DNA of 64,000 nt from Amoebidium appalachense (GCA_963693365.1 CAVNZM010000002.1:3736259-3800258); one strand, 5' to 3'; positions 1 to 36,792 are shown, counted from the first letter of the stretch. Translations and numbers: made by a program. The notes: a model not told the origin generated them from the letters alone.

Positions 1-167
1 TACTTATACTTGCTGACACGGTTTCCATTCCGTACAATAGCAACATGAACCGATGATCCCTCCCCATCCCTTCTATACGGATAACTAAAACGGCCCTGAT
101 ATACATCTAAGCTCTCTATTTTAGATTTTTTTTTTAATTTACCTGTTTTTATTTACACTATCCACAG

Positions 168-3129
<2,962 letters not shown>

Positions 3130-3136
3130 ATGGTGC

Positions 3137-3280
3137 TTAAAAAGAGGGCTTCTTTTAGTCTTTATTATAGGAACTTTCGGGTCAGGCCAAAATCCTGTTT
3201 GGTGCATACCTCGCCAATCACAAAGCGTGAATCGCTTTCGGGTCTGACTCGACCCGGACTGCTAAAAGAAACCCCTTTAA
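3137..3280. mobile_element. Small MITE-like element with imperfect terminal inverted repeats between TTAA sites
   Basis: Left end ttaa-aaagagggcttcttttag, right end ctaaaagaaacccct-ttaa (reverse complement ttaa-aggggtttcttttag). Internal tttcgggtc occurs twice, with a CCAATCA motif. Confidence 0.45.
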
Positions 3281-4392
3281 TGCTCGCTTTCCCAGCGAGA
3301 CGAGTACCCCAACTATTAAAGTTTCCTTGAGTATCTGCACCAATCGACGCAAAGCCGGATTGTGCGTAGTTTGCAGTAGAAGACAGAAAGTTGCAATGTT
3401 TCCAAAAGAGTTTGAACCACAGTGACTCAAAATACCGAGTTTCTAAAGTTTCTTTCTTCTACTTCTTCTTTTTTATTCCTGGTGACGGTGGGTGGTGGGT
3501 GGTGGTAAGGGGAGGGATGGGGAGAGGGAAGGGAGGGGGGGGGGGGGGGGGGGAGCAATGGAGGGGGTTGGTGGTGTTGTGTTGTTGCGTGTGCGTGTGT
3601 GTTGACACGTCCTTTCTGCAGGGGTAACTACAACTTATTAGCAACATGCTGCAAAGGTCAACGGTGAGGCCAGTCCTTTTTCCCCCTAGCGATCGATACT
3701 ATATATAGCAATCGAGAATATTTATAGGTTGGCCTCTTCCAGCATTCATAGAGCCCAATGATTTGTTTACAGTAGTCGTGTATGTATCATCATGAGCACT
3801 TGTGTGGTAAATAGTTCTGCCATATATAGCAATATGGCACGCAATATGGCACCCATGTCGAGCAATATAGGCCGATTGGGTTTACATCCGTTAGACATAT
3901 TTGAGTACTGTACAGTTCTGCTAGTTCTGTGCGAGTACAGACCTAAAATGTATAATGTGTTGTGTTACTTATATTAGTCTATCCGTTAATTAACTTGTGT
4001 TGTATTCTATATATGGAAAATGATAATGAATTGAGTGTGTTCGTAAATTCCACCTCGGGAAACCCACCCTCCGGGGGGATCAAACCAGCACACAAACGCA
4101 CTGCGCTAGTGATGTTGAGTCAAAAACTCTATCTCGCCCACTGCTGTGCAGCTCCCCATGCCCACAATCCCATTGTGCCCCGTCAAACCACCCGCTCATT
4201 AATATGTATACATATTAGCTTCCTCTGCCAAAAACTTGAAAATAGCCTCACAAAGACACAAAACACAAACACACACACACTCACACGCGAGCGCGCACAC
4301 ACGCACACATGCACACGCACACACAATATCACTTGAACTGGCACATGTACAGATCTCAACAACACGGCCATCTTCTGTGCTGGGTACATCCC

Positions 4393-4395
<3 letters not shown>

Positions 4396-4445
<50 letters not shown>
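4396..4445. repeat. Poly-C homopolymer of about 50 nt, representative of dozens of poly-C/poly-G tracts across the window
   Basis: Read directly; source of the poly-Pro and poly-Gly pseudo-ORFs. Confidence 0.95.
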
Positions 4446-4447
<2 letters not shown>

Positions 4448-5291
4448 ACCGCCTCCCAGAATATTGTAAGCAAGTCGTAGGGCAGACAAGCTTTCCATTT
4501 ACGATTTAGTTGTTTTTTTATTTTTAAAAAAAAGAGAAAGAATGAAAGAAAAGAAAATAAAAGAAGGGGCCCGAAAACTATTTTCACGTTTGCAACTTTG
4601 AGCCTTAGTAATTGATATCGATGCCATCTTAAGAGATTAAAAGAAGGAAAGAAAATGGGGAAGGGGACTCGCCAGAATGAGATATTTCACATCTCCGAAT
4701 TTGCAGGAACGAGTCTGAGCAAAGAAATACTTTCCGCCAGGGGAAAAAATATCTGCAGGCAAGAAACAACATTTAGAGCAACCCCATATAAAGCCTAATA
4801 TACAACATGCAGTTATATCTCTGAGATTTAAAATCGAGCACATCCGAGTCCGGCAAGGTTGTGCTTTCTAAATTTCTGCACAAGTCATGGCAGTTGTCAG
4901 TGTAAAAAAAATGGAAATACTATACACATACACGTATATCTAATAAGGTACGTATACCCACGATTCCGATCATGTGTGTGCCTAAGTTTATCTACAAAAA
5001 AAACAATATATCTAACTGTCCAAAAAAATGTTCTTGCAAAAACAAGGAGTGGTAACACGAGTCACCCCCATACCTTCGCAATAAAGATAAGCAATACACC
5101 CTCTCACCCCCTACGCAAAATCAATCCCGCCGGGGCCTTAAACCATTTTTAACCGTCCACTAGTCCTGCTCTCCCACAGCTTACCTTTAAAACCCCCTCT
5201 AGACTGCATGGCCACCGACTTCTTAACCAAACAGCACCACCACATTCTATCACCCTATCTTAACCCCATCACTTGTTAACCCCACCTAGAA

Positions 5292-5694
5292 CTATGCATG
5301 CCTTGCCACCGAATTATTTATCAAATGGCTCATATCTTGCTCCCATTGCTCCACCTGAGCTGCCAACTCTAATTTCTGTTGAATAGTTCTCATGAGTGCT
5401 TCGTTTAATGCTTCACTCTCCCCACGGCTTTTTTCCAATTGTCGCTCCGCAGCTGAAAGTTGCGATTTTGCGTCCCCTGCAGTTTTCTTGAGGGAGGAGA
5501 GCTCTTCGCGTAGGGATTCGAGTTCGCGGTCTCTGCTTAGTTTTGCAAAAGTGTAAGGAAAAAAACTCTTTCTGAGATGGTATCTTAAAATGTGACTACC
5601 CAATATATCCTCCCCCCTCCCCCCCCCTACACGGCCCCCCTCCCCCGGCCGCTAGCCGTATCTCCACATCCCCTGGTTCCAAGTCCCTAAATGC

Positions 5695-5735
<41 letters not shown>

Positions 5736-5850
5736 TCCCCTCCCCCCCCCCCCCCCTCCCTCCCAACCCCTTGCCCAAACATATACCCACACATACACAC
5801 TCGCGGCCGCCACACACGCGCACGCACGCACGCACGCACGCACGCACACA

Positions 5851-5898
<48 letters not shown>

Positions 5899-8588
5899 CA
5901 CACACCTTTTTGCCACCTCTCTCTCTCTCGCCATCGCCATCTCCGCCACAAGCTTCGTCCTCGCACCCGTTGCCCTCTCCCCCTCCCTAATTCTCTCTTG
6001 CACCTCTTCCTCTACCCTCCTCTTACCTTCCTCAACCAATCGTTCTTGCTCCCTCACCTCCCCCCTCAACCTCTCCACCTCTTTCAAACTCTCCTCCGCC
6101 CGTTTTCTGTCCGCCCGCGCCCGTTCCTCCACGGACGCAAACTGGCTTTTCAGTTCCGAAATCTGCAAATTCAGTTGGTGGATCTGTGCGGCGTTCGCAC
6201 CGGACGGGCCTTCGCTCGCCGCCTGCGCCAAAGCCGATCTGAGATTTGCGATCGTTTTATTGTTCAAACTGATCTCTTCTTGTTTGTCTTCGATCGTACG
6301 CAGCGCCGCATCCAATCGGGACTGGACCTGTTCCGCAGCAGATATCGATTGCTGTAGATCTTCAGCCTAATCGGTGACGATCGTGTTAGTCGAGAGATCG
6401 ATTTGCAATGGCGTTGGGCCCGCTCAAGCTTTTGTATCAATGTGCAAACTTCACCCGGGGGAGGGAGGTGGTGGTGGTGGTGGTGGTGGTGGGGGGGGGG
6501 GGGGGGAGGGGGGGGGAGGGGAGGGGGATGAAAACAGGGGGGAATGATGACGGGGGGGGGGGGGGGGGGGGGGAGGGGAAGGCCTAGGGGGGGCATGGGG
6601 GAAGGTGGGGATAATGCACAAGCGCGCATATGAGTCTCGGCGAGGTTGCAAGAAGACACCTTGCAAGTACCATTCCGAATTCCTCCTCTTTGTTCCAAAA
6701 AACAGCCGCGCCATAACTCCTCCCTCCTCCCCCCCCCCCCCCCCCCTCCCCACACACACAAGCACGCACACACCCACGCATGCGCGCACGCACGCACGCA
6801 CGGGCACACGCATGCAAGCACGGGCGCAGGCATGCACGCATGCGCGCAAGCAGGCACGCAGGGACAGGCGCACACACGCACACATGCACACTCCACATAC
6901 ACACACCTGCTTTCTGCACTGTGCCTGCACTGCCCCCAGCCTCTCCCCAGCTTCTCTCAGTGCGTTGCTATGCTCCTCCTCCATATTTCTCTTTGATTGG
7001 TCGAATATCATCTGCTCCTCCAATTGGTGCTTGAGTTCAGCCACCTCCCGCTGAAGTTCAACGTTTGCCTTTTCTTGTTCGCTGAGTCTGCAGGCGTTGG
7101 GGGGGAGGGGGAGGAGGAAGGGTGGGGGGAGGGGAAGGGGGGGGGGGGGGGGGGAAGAGGGAAGGGTATTTAGCATGGGCAGTTTATCAAGGTTCGTCGT
7201 GGAATACCTTCCTTCTCTTCCCTCCTCCCCTCCCAACCCCCCACCCACCACCGCCCCCCTCTCCTCCCCCCCCCCCACCCCCCACAATCTCCTTCTAAAC
7301 TACTCCTTCTTCTGAGCCCCTACCCCAGATCCCACTGAATAGAACAGCAACTTCCACGGCAACCACATACACCCTCGGCCGTAGACGTGACAGTCGCCGA
7401 CAACACCGACAACGTTCGCATACATCCCCCCCCCCCCCCCCCCCCCTGCTTCCCCCCCTCCCCCCCCCCCCCCCCCCCCCCCCCCCCAACACCCCCTTCC
7501 CAAAGCAACCCACACGGCCCTGATCATCACCCTATCCAACTCTCCCTCTATCTTATTCCTTCTGTTCTCGCCAAGCTCACCCACATTTCCCCGCTCCCCC
7601 TCCCCCCACCCCTTCCCCCAAACCAAAAAAGGAAAAAAAAAAAAGGAAAAAACCCGTTTTCTGCTTCTGGATCCCCGAGCCCTCCGTTTCCCCCCTCTTC
7701 CACTTCTTCATTTCCTCTCTTTGCCCCCCCCCCCCCCCCCCCCCCCCCCCCAAGAAAAAAACCCCCAAACATCCCCCCCTCCCCCCTCTCTACTTTCCCA
7801 CCTACCTCTCCATGAGTGTCCTCCTCTCCTCTGCCCGTTCCTCCACCCTCCCCTCCAACACCGCCTTTTCCTGCACCAGGCATGCCAGTGTGGTCTCCAT
7901 TTCTTCTCTCTCCTTTAACAGCTTTGCCTTTTCCTTTAACAGTTCTTGACGTTCCCTCTCCACGCTCTCACCTGGGCTCTCCCCTGCTGTGTGAGATGGT
8001 AAGGGGTTAAAGAGAAGTCCGTATCTACCATTTTAGTGTCTGGCCGGTGAGCCACATTGGTGACGTCATTTTGTTAACAATTTCCACGGAGCCGTTTGGG
8101 TGCCCAGAAAATGGCGCGAAAATAGCCAGGGTAAGGGACGGCTTTTTCAGATGTCGACATAGGCCGGTCTTGGTATTTGACACAAATTGATGACGTCTGC
8201 TGATTGGTCAGAGCCATCTGAGAAATGTGGCTCATGGATGCTTGCCGCACAGAGTCTCCAGATGCTAGAATGGTAGATACGGAGGTTGGTTTAAGAAAGA
8301 ATGCTAAAGAGAAGGATAAAAAAGCCAGACAAGGGGGAAAAAAAAAAGGAAAAAAAGAAGAAGGAAAAATGGTCTATGGAAGGTAAAAAGAAGGCTAAGA
8401 AGGTTTATAAAGGGGAATAAAAGGATCAGGGTATGAGGAGGAGGCAAAGGTATATAATCCAACTAGAGTGCCGGATGGAGGGGCTGGGGTTTCCTCATGC
8501 ATATTGCTTCATGCGTACACAATCGGTGAGCTTATTGGTGCAACACCAAGTTGTTGTGTGTTTGTGCGTGTGTGCGTGTGTGCGTGCA

Positions 8589-8626
<38 letters not shown>

Positions 8627-10396
8627 CGTGTGTGCGTCAGTGCGCGCACGACCATGTGTGCATGTGTGTGTGTGTGTGTTAGCCCACACACATGTGTGTG
8701 AGCGTGCATATGTGTTTGTGTGTTTGTGACTCTCGGTATCCTACGTGTCCATGCCCACCCTCCACATACGTGCACGTATGGGAGATGCACAAAGAAAGCC
8801 CCAGGAAGCTTGGAGGTGCACACATACAGACACACAACTGCGACCTACAAAAAACACACACACAAAGGGGAAAATACGAATCTCCACCTAAAGGAAAAAA
8901 GTGAAGTTCTTACCGCTCGGTACAGGGGGTGGTGGTCTGCGAGGGGGTACCATTGGGGGGGTATTGGGGCTCAGTGATTGGCTACTGCTGCTGCTGCTGC
9001 TCTGCGCCTTTTTTAGGACCTCACGTAGGTCGTCCATTTCATGGCGGGTTTGCTGCGATCGACGATCAAGATACCGATTAGATGAGATCGGCAGGTTAAC
9101 CAACGATCAAGCTAGAAAAAACATCCCGATCTCGCCATTTACGAGTGCTAGGAATGCCAATATAACCCTTCGGCCACCCTTCAACTCAAAAAGACTGCTC
9201 TAACACAACTCCCAAATAAAACCATTCAAAACCCCTCTCTGTCCCCCGCACACACTTCAGTATCACAACCTACTGTTGTCCCCCCCCCTACCTTCTCCAT
9301 AACCCACCCAAACCACCCCACACACTTTATATTTACCCCCCCCCCCCCCCCCCCCCCCCCCTTCCCCCACACCTGCGGTCTCCGAACCCACAATCACGCA
9401 ACAGCACAAACTTGGTATACGCACACACAAACACACATAGGACACACACGCACACACACATGCGCAAATGCTCACCTTCCCCCCCCCGACTAAATAGGCA
9501 CACACACACACACATACACACGTAGGCACACAGACACACACGTACACGCACACGTACACCCACCCACCCACCCTCCCCCCTCTCCCCCCCCCCCCCCCCC
9601 CCCCGACCTCCCCCCCCCAACCCCCCCCCCCCCCTCCCCACACACGTACGTGCACACACCTGCACCACTGCCTCCATGCCGGTCCTCTCTGCCCTCAGCA
9701 TTGCTATCTGGGCATTGAGTGCAAGCACGTGTTTGCTCAGTGTGTAGCGCCCTGCCTCCAGCCTCTCCACTTCAGAAAGTAGCTCCTACGATCAAAGATT
9801 TAAGTGTTAGCGATTAAAAACGTCATTTTACTTGATTAATGTTTCTGGCTCGTACCAACTGCTATTGTGTGCGTGCATGTGAGTGCGGCAAGAGAAAGAG
9901 CCGGTGGTGGTGGTGGGGGAGGGGGGAGGGGGGGGGGGGGAAGGGGCAACGTTGCCCAATGAAAGCGGTCGGGTGGGTTAGGGGGGGAGGGGAGGAAAGG
10001 GGGTAGAAGAGGGAAGGAGAGTTGTGGGTCATACCATGTGTAGATTATCCTTTGTCACAAGCGCCCATACGTATGTACAAACATGCATGCACACAAGCAC
10101 ACATTCGCCTGCTCGCTCAACCAACCACCCAACCAAGTTTACTTCCCCACTCAGACAAGCACACACACTGATACACACTGTAACATCCACAACCACCCAA
10201 CAGCACCCAGCCACCCAGCCACCCACAACCACACACCAACCCGGGCACACACATCCACACACAACACACATACGCCCACCCACCCACCCACCCACCCACA
10301 CACACGCACACGCACACGCACAGACATGCACACACACACACACACACACACAGACACACGCATACACACACACAGACACACAGACACACAGACACA

Positions 10397-10461
<65 letters not shown>

Positions 10462-10761
10462 CCTCCCTGCCGACCATCTGTGCCTGCAGTTGGTTGCGGT
10501 GGGCAATGACGGCGTCAAGACGCCGTTGAAGGTCACTGAGTTGCTCTGGTGGGATCATTAAACACTTAATATTCATTATTTAGCGCCAGATGATAGGGCA
10601 TTCAACGATAAATGTAAAGATGAAAGGCAAAAATAGGTTAATATTTGGCATCGTTTTTGAGAATTGAATGGTTTGATAGCCTGACAGCCGGTTTAACGAT
10701 AAAGCAAGACCCGATAAGACATGGTGCGTGTGAGAGTGTGGCTGTGTTTGTGTATGTATGT

Positions 10762-10834
<73 letters not shown>

Positions 10835-10892
10835 TGTGTGTGTGTACATACATATTTGTGTGTGCGTGTGTGCGTGTGGGCGTGGGCACATG

Positions 10893-10941
<49 letters not shown>

Positions 10942-10945
10942 ACGC

Positions 10946-11000
<55 letters not shown>

Positions 11001-11045
11001 ATACATGTTTGTGTGCGCTTGTGTGTGTGTGGGCATGGGCACATG

Positions 11046-11126
<81 letters not shown>

Positions 11127-11419
11127 ACATGCATTTGTGTGTGTGTGTAGGGATGGGAAGCGGGGTGGGGTTGGGGTTAAGCAGGCGAGAATGTCCCGTT
11201 CCGACCCCTCCCCCCCCCCCCCCCCCCCCCCCCTCCCCCAACCACCACCACCACCCCGGAACCCTCTTCCTCCCAGTGCCCACGATTCTGCCAAAACCCC
11301 GCCAGCCCTCCCCTTTCCTGCCCCCCCCCCCCCTCCCCCTCCCCCCCAAGCCCCCCCGGACACCACCATATCCCTCTCCCGTCCCCCACCCCACCTCCCC
11401 CCCAAAAAACACACACCAT

Positions 11420-11450
<31 letters not shown>

Positions 11451-12090
11451 TTCATCCTACTCTGCACAGCCACCATCTGATTTTCTGTCTTATTCCATCC
11501 ACCCACCGTCCTTCTTGCTGACCGTGGCCTTTATTTCTTCGTTTCTTGCCTCCTCCAGTTCCCTCCTGTGCACCTCCACCTGCTCACTGAGGCTGCGGAG
11601 CCGCTGCGCCACAATCTCGTGTGTTGTTTAAACGTGTTGAACCATATCGACATTAAATGGTGCATAGAATTATTACCATACCCCCTCTTCTTTCCCAGTC
11701 GCTGGCGGAAAGAGCTGGGGGGGGGGGGGGGGGGGGGGGGGGACAACAGTAGGGAACCCCTTGTTTTCCGCCCTTCCCCCCTTTTCCCCCTCTACCACTA
11801 AACACAAACATCCCCAACATCTAGCCAGCCACATACAAATACAATAATACACGCACACATAAAAAAAATGTCCCAGCACACACACACACACACACATGGA
11901 ACAGCCAACCCCGCCCCTACTTCTCCCCCACCATAAAAGGAAATACAGGATACACAGACATACAGACGAATAGACACACACGAACACACCCTTGCACATC
12001 CAAACACGCACACACACCATCCCCCCCCCCCCCCCCCCCCCCCCCGCCCCCCTCCCCATCCCTCCCTCACCCCTTTCACACACAAACTCG

Positions 12091-12123
<33 letters not shown>

Positions 12124-13085
12124 ACACACGAACCCACACACGCATACACAAACACACACACAAACAACCACCTACCCACCTACCCACATTTCAACAATTA
12201 CACACACCTCTTTCTGGAAGTTGAGTTCAGCCACAAACGACTTTTTCTTTCCCCCCGTGGGCATATCATTCAACTTATTTGCAATGATGTGTTCATTCTC
12301 AAGCTCCCACGATAGCTCCTCGAGTTTCTTTTCCAGCGCAACCACCCTCTCAGCGGGGGGTAGTGATTTGATGTGCACGGACACCTAGTGTGGTGGATGG
12401 ATGTTACGACAGGCAAAATGTTTTCATAAAGGAACAAATCCTTCCCTCCTACCCCCAACGACCCTCACCTCCCCCCCCCCCCCCCCCCCCCCCCCCGAAA
12501 GGTTTGTCAGCTCCCCCTCCGTCTCCCCCTTCCGCTCCCCACCCACTTTCCACCACTTCTGAACCCTCCCATTTCTCCTTCACACCTCCTCCCTCTCCCA
12601 CCTCACTCTCCTCCCTCCCACCCCTCACCCCCTCCTCCCTCAACTCCCTCCCTCCTTGCTATCGCAAATAAAAAGAAACGGCGAAACAGGGGAAAGAAGA
12701 AAAAACACCTTTCAAAGCACCTCCTGCAAACGGCCATTTTAGACGGAATTTCCTTGTGATAATTGTCTCGATCACCCATCGCACGTGTTTTCCATTCAAA
12801 CAGGCATGCAGAGCCACTTGACAGTATTTGTCAGTGCTGCCAAGTAAAAGCACTCTGACTAAGCCTCATGAAACTAACCAACACTGCACGATCACAATCT
12901 CTGTGACCACGCCACATATGCAGCTGAAACAACAACAGATTCGAGGAAAACACGATGTTATGTGTGAATACAGAGAGTTTCAAATCACCCACCTTAGGCG
13001 TCTCTATAGCGGGCATAGGGGTAGTTTCTATGGAAGCCGTCGAGGACTTGTGCCTCGACAGAGTGCCATGGGAAAAAATGGACAT
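5292..13085 (-). CDS. Long coiled-coil protein (~600 aa) with a Bicaudal-D-related (BICDL1/BICDR-like) C-terminal domain
   Basis: Phase-consistent exons 13085-12993, 12384-12208, ~11615-11507, 10545-10460, 9785-9660, 9052-8914, 7983-7806, 7087-6907, 6366-5906, 5535-5292. E/K/R/L heptads throughout. C-terminus [30 protein letters not shown] matches the recalled BICDL motif LNSQLLDAIQQKLNLSQQLEAWQDDM. The first exon is less certain. Confidence 0.8.
8011..8290. mobile_element. Non-autonomous DNA transposon (MITE), Kolobok-like, in an intron
   Basis: Inverted repeats tccgtatctaccattttag (8018-8036) and ctagaatggtagatacgga (8265-8283) match 18/19. TTAA lies exactly 7 nt outside each (8007-8010, 8291-8294), consistent with a TTAA target duplication and mismatched outer termini. 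Confidence 0.75.
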
Positions 13086-14261
13086 TTCTTGGAAAAATGG
13101 CCTAACGGAAAACTGGACGAAGACGTGATGTGCAAAATGTTCTGTCGAAATTATAAATGAACAAAAGTAAAAATGAGAGGTGACGTGTGCTAGTTTTCCT
13201 TTATTATTATTTTAATACCAAATCCCGGCTGTCATTATAGGAAGGGTAAAAAAAAGAACATTGCCGATTTTTAAATCATGTGACGTTCGCATGTGACATA
13301 CACATGGTCCGAGGTGGCTTGAGACCTGGTCACACGCGCGCCGGAATGGAACCGTCAAACTGTCGTAGCTCGGCTACATCGATAAGCTAACATGGATAAA
13401 AACAGAAAGTTTGTGGGAATCTAAGAACTTGAGAGATTTTTCCAACTATGAAACTTCACCTTTTTTGAACTTGAAACATCAAGCCACAAACTACAAATCC
13501 CGAGTGAACACTTGATATGTCTTCTACAGGACCCTCATGATTTGTGCAAGCAATGCAGCTATTGATAGATGTTTATACAAAGAATTGATATAAATAAATA
13601 CGTCCTTTGATAAAGGTAGCACATTAAGTCTGCATAGACGTAGCACATCAGGTTAGGTTTGCATATAAGTGATGTTCGAACACTCTGCATTCAGCTCAGC
13701 TCACAGAAACTGACCGTTCATTCAGTATTTGTTTCTGGTGAGATCTCTGGCGATCTACCAAGGTTGATGTGCGCATTGATGTGATTGCCACACGTCCGTC
13801 TGATTGGTTGATACGGCATCGCAATCTAGGATCGAAATTCATATTAGATTTCAGATTCAAAATATCCGGTTTCTGATCCAAATAGATCAGTTGATGCGCA
13901 AAGGTCGGGCACCCTTCAGACATATCACTTAAGTACCAGCAATTATAACTTTCACTTGTGCTTTTATTTTCCGTGCACAAGCTCCAATACATATTGTTAG
14001 GCTACGACAAAAGGTCTCTGTACTGCGCATGTATACGTACATTTATGTACTCAGTCGAAACTGTGTTGACCAGCGCGCGACTTATAAGCAAAATTGAAAT
14101 CTTTACGGAGAAACAGCAGCCGTTCGTACCCAGCCAGGCAAGTTCCGGCTTTTTCAATCCGTTCAACGATTGGCTACCTAAATAAGCCGGCTATGACGTC
14201 ACCAGTGACTCATCGATGTACATCAACCTCACTGATTCCGGCCTGCTGAAGAGGATAGGCA

Positions 14262-14340
14262 AAAGCAAATTCATGCCCGTTCACACTATAAAGCCAAAAT
14301 TCATGCCCGTTTACACTATTATAATAAGCATATGCCCATT
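14262..14340. repeat. ~30-bp imperfect tandem repeat
   Basis: aaattcatgcccgt(tc/tt)acactat occurs twice, followed by a partial atgccc copy. Confidence 0.7.
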
Positions 14341-15263
14341 AAGCTGTCCATGTTGTTTTTCAAAGTCCCTTCGTTCCCACTTTCCCACCCAGTGGCTCTC
14401 GTTTTTGATACTTTTTTTTTTTTTTTTCTCTTTTGTGTATTTATGGACTTCTTCTCCTTTCTAGGTCAACTACTACTGCTTCTAGAAGTTTCCTTCCTCC
14501 CCCTCCCTCCCCTCTCCCCCACCCCCATCCACATGTGCACACACACACACACACGCACACACATACACACACGCGCGCGCGCACACACACATGCACAGTG
14601 ACACACACACACGTCGGGCCAATACGTGTGTGTGTGGGGGGGTTGGGGTGGGGCACTGCGCAAGTGCGAGGTTTCTTGAAATATTTATGTTTATTCATGG
14701 ACTAATCAATCACCAAACATGTTATACAAGGTGCTGACGGTTTGTAGATCGTGTCCAAGCACAGGCCCCCCCTCCCCCCCCCCCCCCCCCCCCTCCCCCC
14801 CCCCCCCCCCCCCCCCCCCCCCGCCCTCTCCGCCTCCAATAAATGATGGATAAATCTTAAATAAATATATATTGTGAGCCGTTTCTGAGTAAAGCACGTA
14901 ACATACGGATACTATTAGAAGTACTAGTGACCTACCAGGGGAATGAGTCATTTTACGGACGTAGTAGTACATCAACACGCCAAGCAAACAACATCATAAT
15001 ACAAAAGCAGCAAAAAAGGTCTTTTCCATACACAAGAATAAATCTTGATGATAGATATACATACACGTAAAGATATATGGACCCATCTATATATAAGTTG
15101 TAACTAGGGTTAAACCACACGTTGTTGGGTGGATGTACTATTGGCCTGGTGCCAGCACCTGATCACAGTCTCATACATATGTAGCTCGATAATAAACAGC
15201 CCATAAGCCCCGCCTTCCCCCAGCACACACACACAAATACTAACATAACCATACCAATAATAA

Positions 15264-15299
<36 letters not shown>

Positions 15300-15349
15300 C
15301 TCCCCATTTCCCCCCCTCCCCTGCCTATTGCTTTCCTGCAAATCTGTTT

Positions 15350-35114
<19,765 letters not shown>

Positions 35115-35201
35115 GTTATCTTCACTAAGGTGCTATCTTTCTCTATCCAGAGCCGATTCACAGTACGATTACAGCAACAGGAGTGATCATAGGGAAAGCT
35201 G

Positions 35202-35249
35202 GAAAGCTCAGATCTTCGGCTTACAGAAAGCTCAGATCATCGCCTTACA
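35202..35249. repeat. 24-bp tandem direct repeat upstream of the beta-galactosidase ATG
   Basis: gaaagctcagatcttcggcttaca and gaaagctcagatcatcgccttaca match 22/24. Confidence 0.85.
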
Positions 35250-35810
35250 AGGCACCCTGTAATCTGTGATTGCTGTGATCACTACAAGCAGAAGCACTTT
35301 TTTCGACCACTGCTTTCAGCCCAACCCAATATTTCAAGCTCAAAAGCAGTCTGGTGCTCCGCAAGTGGCACAAGTTATTAGGACCTAGATTTCAAGCAAG
35401 TTAAAGTGAGCAGCTTTTTGGAGCAACATCACGGCTATGGAAAAAAACATACAGTTTGTCTTTGTCTTTGCCCGGCGCGCGAGGCGGGGCCAGAGTCTGG
35501 CTCGGAGGCTCAGTCAAGAGGCATAGTCTCATCCAGATACCAAGCAATGGCGTCATTACAAAGAAAGAGAGCGTGATTTAGCTGGCATCAACAGGTCTAC
35601 AATCTGTAGGCTAATCCAAAAAACCTTTTGTGATTGGCCCTCACTAAACACCAAAAAAGGTTAAATACTTTGCCAAATTAGACAGGTGGTGCGCTGCTAT
35701 CCACTCCGGTGACCGGGACCGGGTGCCGGGTGGCTCATTTTTTTTTTTTTTTTTTGTTACCTCGAGTCGAGCCTTTCTCACCCCGCCCCACTCCATGCCG
35801 CATGCCTCAA

Positions 35811-35864
<54 letters not shown>

Positions 35865-36723
35865 GCCCCCCATCCCTTGCCCCGCCCCACTCCATGTCTC
35901 GTGTTTCAAGTTGTTTCTTTTTTTGTTTTTGTTTTCTCCTAGCCCACTCCAAGCCTATAGCTAATGTGCTGAAGCAATCCTTCGTCGAGTAGAAACATGC
36001 CCTGTTCAGAAATACACCTTCCAACATGCATTTGTGAGACATACACACACAGAGATACACGGGCAAGCCAAAGTTTATCTCCTATTCAGAGTTATCCTTT
36101 TAAATATTTATCCCCTTTGTTTTTTTCTTCACCTATCTATCAGCAGTATATGTTACTTCCTTTCATCATCAAAATCCTTTGCTTCATCGTTGTGATAATG
36201 AGTATCACGGTAGGACTCTTGATCTTGTGCTTATCTTTCTTTTAGAGACTCGCCTCTTTTCTTTGCAATCGTTGTGTGAATTAGCTACTGATATTCATCC
36301 TGCCTCTCGTAAACCTACTACCCTTACTGATTTAGCAGTATTAACCCCGTCTTGTAATACTGCTTGGAAATGTTTATTTTGGCATTGTAACCTTTCTTTC
36401 CATAAACGTTTGTGCCACTTTTGCGCATAACCCTTTTCTCGTAAACATTTAGATAGATGTATTTGGGGTTTACGCTGTTTACTCGAGGCAAAGAGAGACC
36501 AGTCTCAGGTATGGGGGGTTTTTGCTCGGAACATCCCTCAGCGGTATATCATGATCACGTACATAGATGTCGGGTGATAATTATATATCAGGGTTTACTT
36601 TCTCTACGAGACACCATAAAGACTAAGAAAAATCAATTGGTCGGGGTTCCCCGTTTTTTTTTTTTTTGTTTTTTTTTCGGGCTCTCCTGGGACACTCGGT
36701 ATCAGCTGGTTGTGTGTGTGTGA

Positions 36724-36792
<69 letters not shown>

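Noticed and set aside
11603-11618. Apparent rare GAG 3' splice site in the BICDR-like gene
   Set aside because: An in-frame CAG acceptor lies 12 nt downstream, so a non-canonical site is not required.
12708-12830. Possible extra exon of the BICDR-like gene
   Set aside because: No donor/acceptor pair gives an open phase-0 exon, and the flanking exons join without it.
13392-13992. Unique intergenic DNA with short ORFs and a weak C/D-box-like pair
   Set aside because: Frames are interrupted by stops, there are no recognisable motifs, and no terminal stem.
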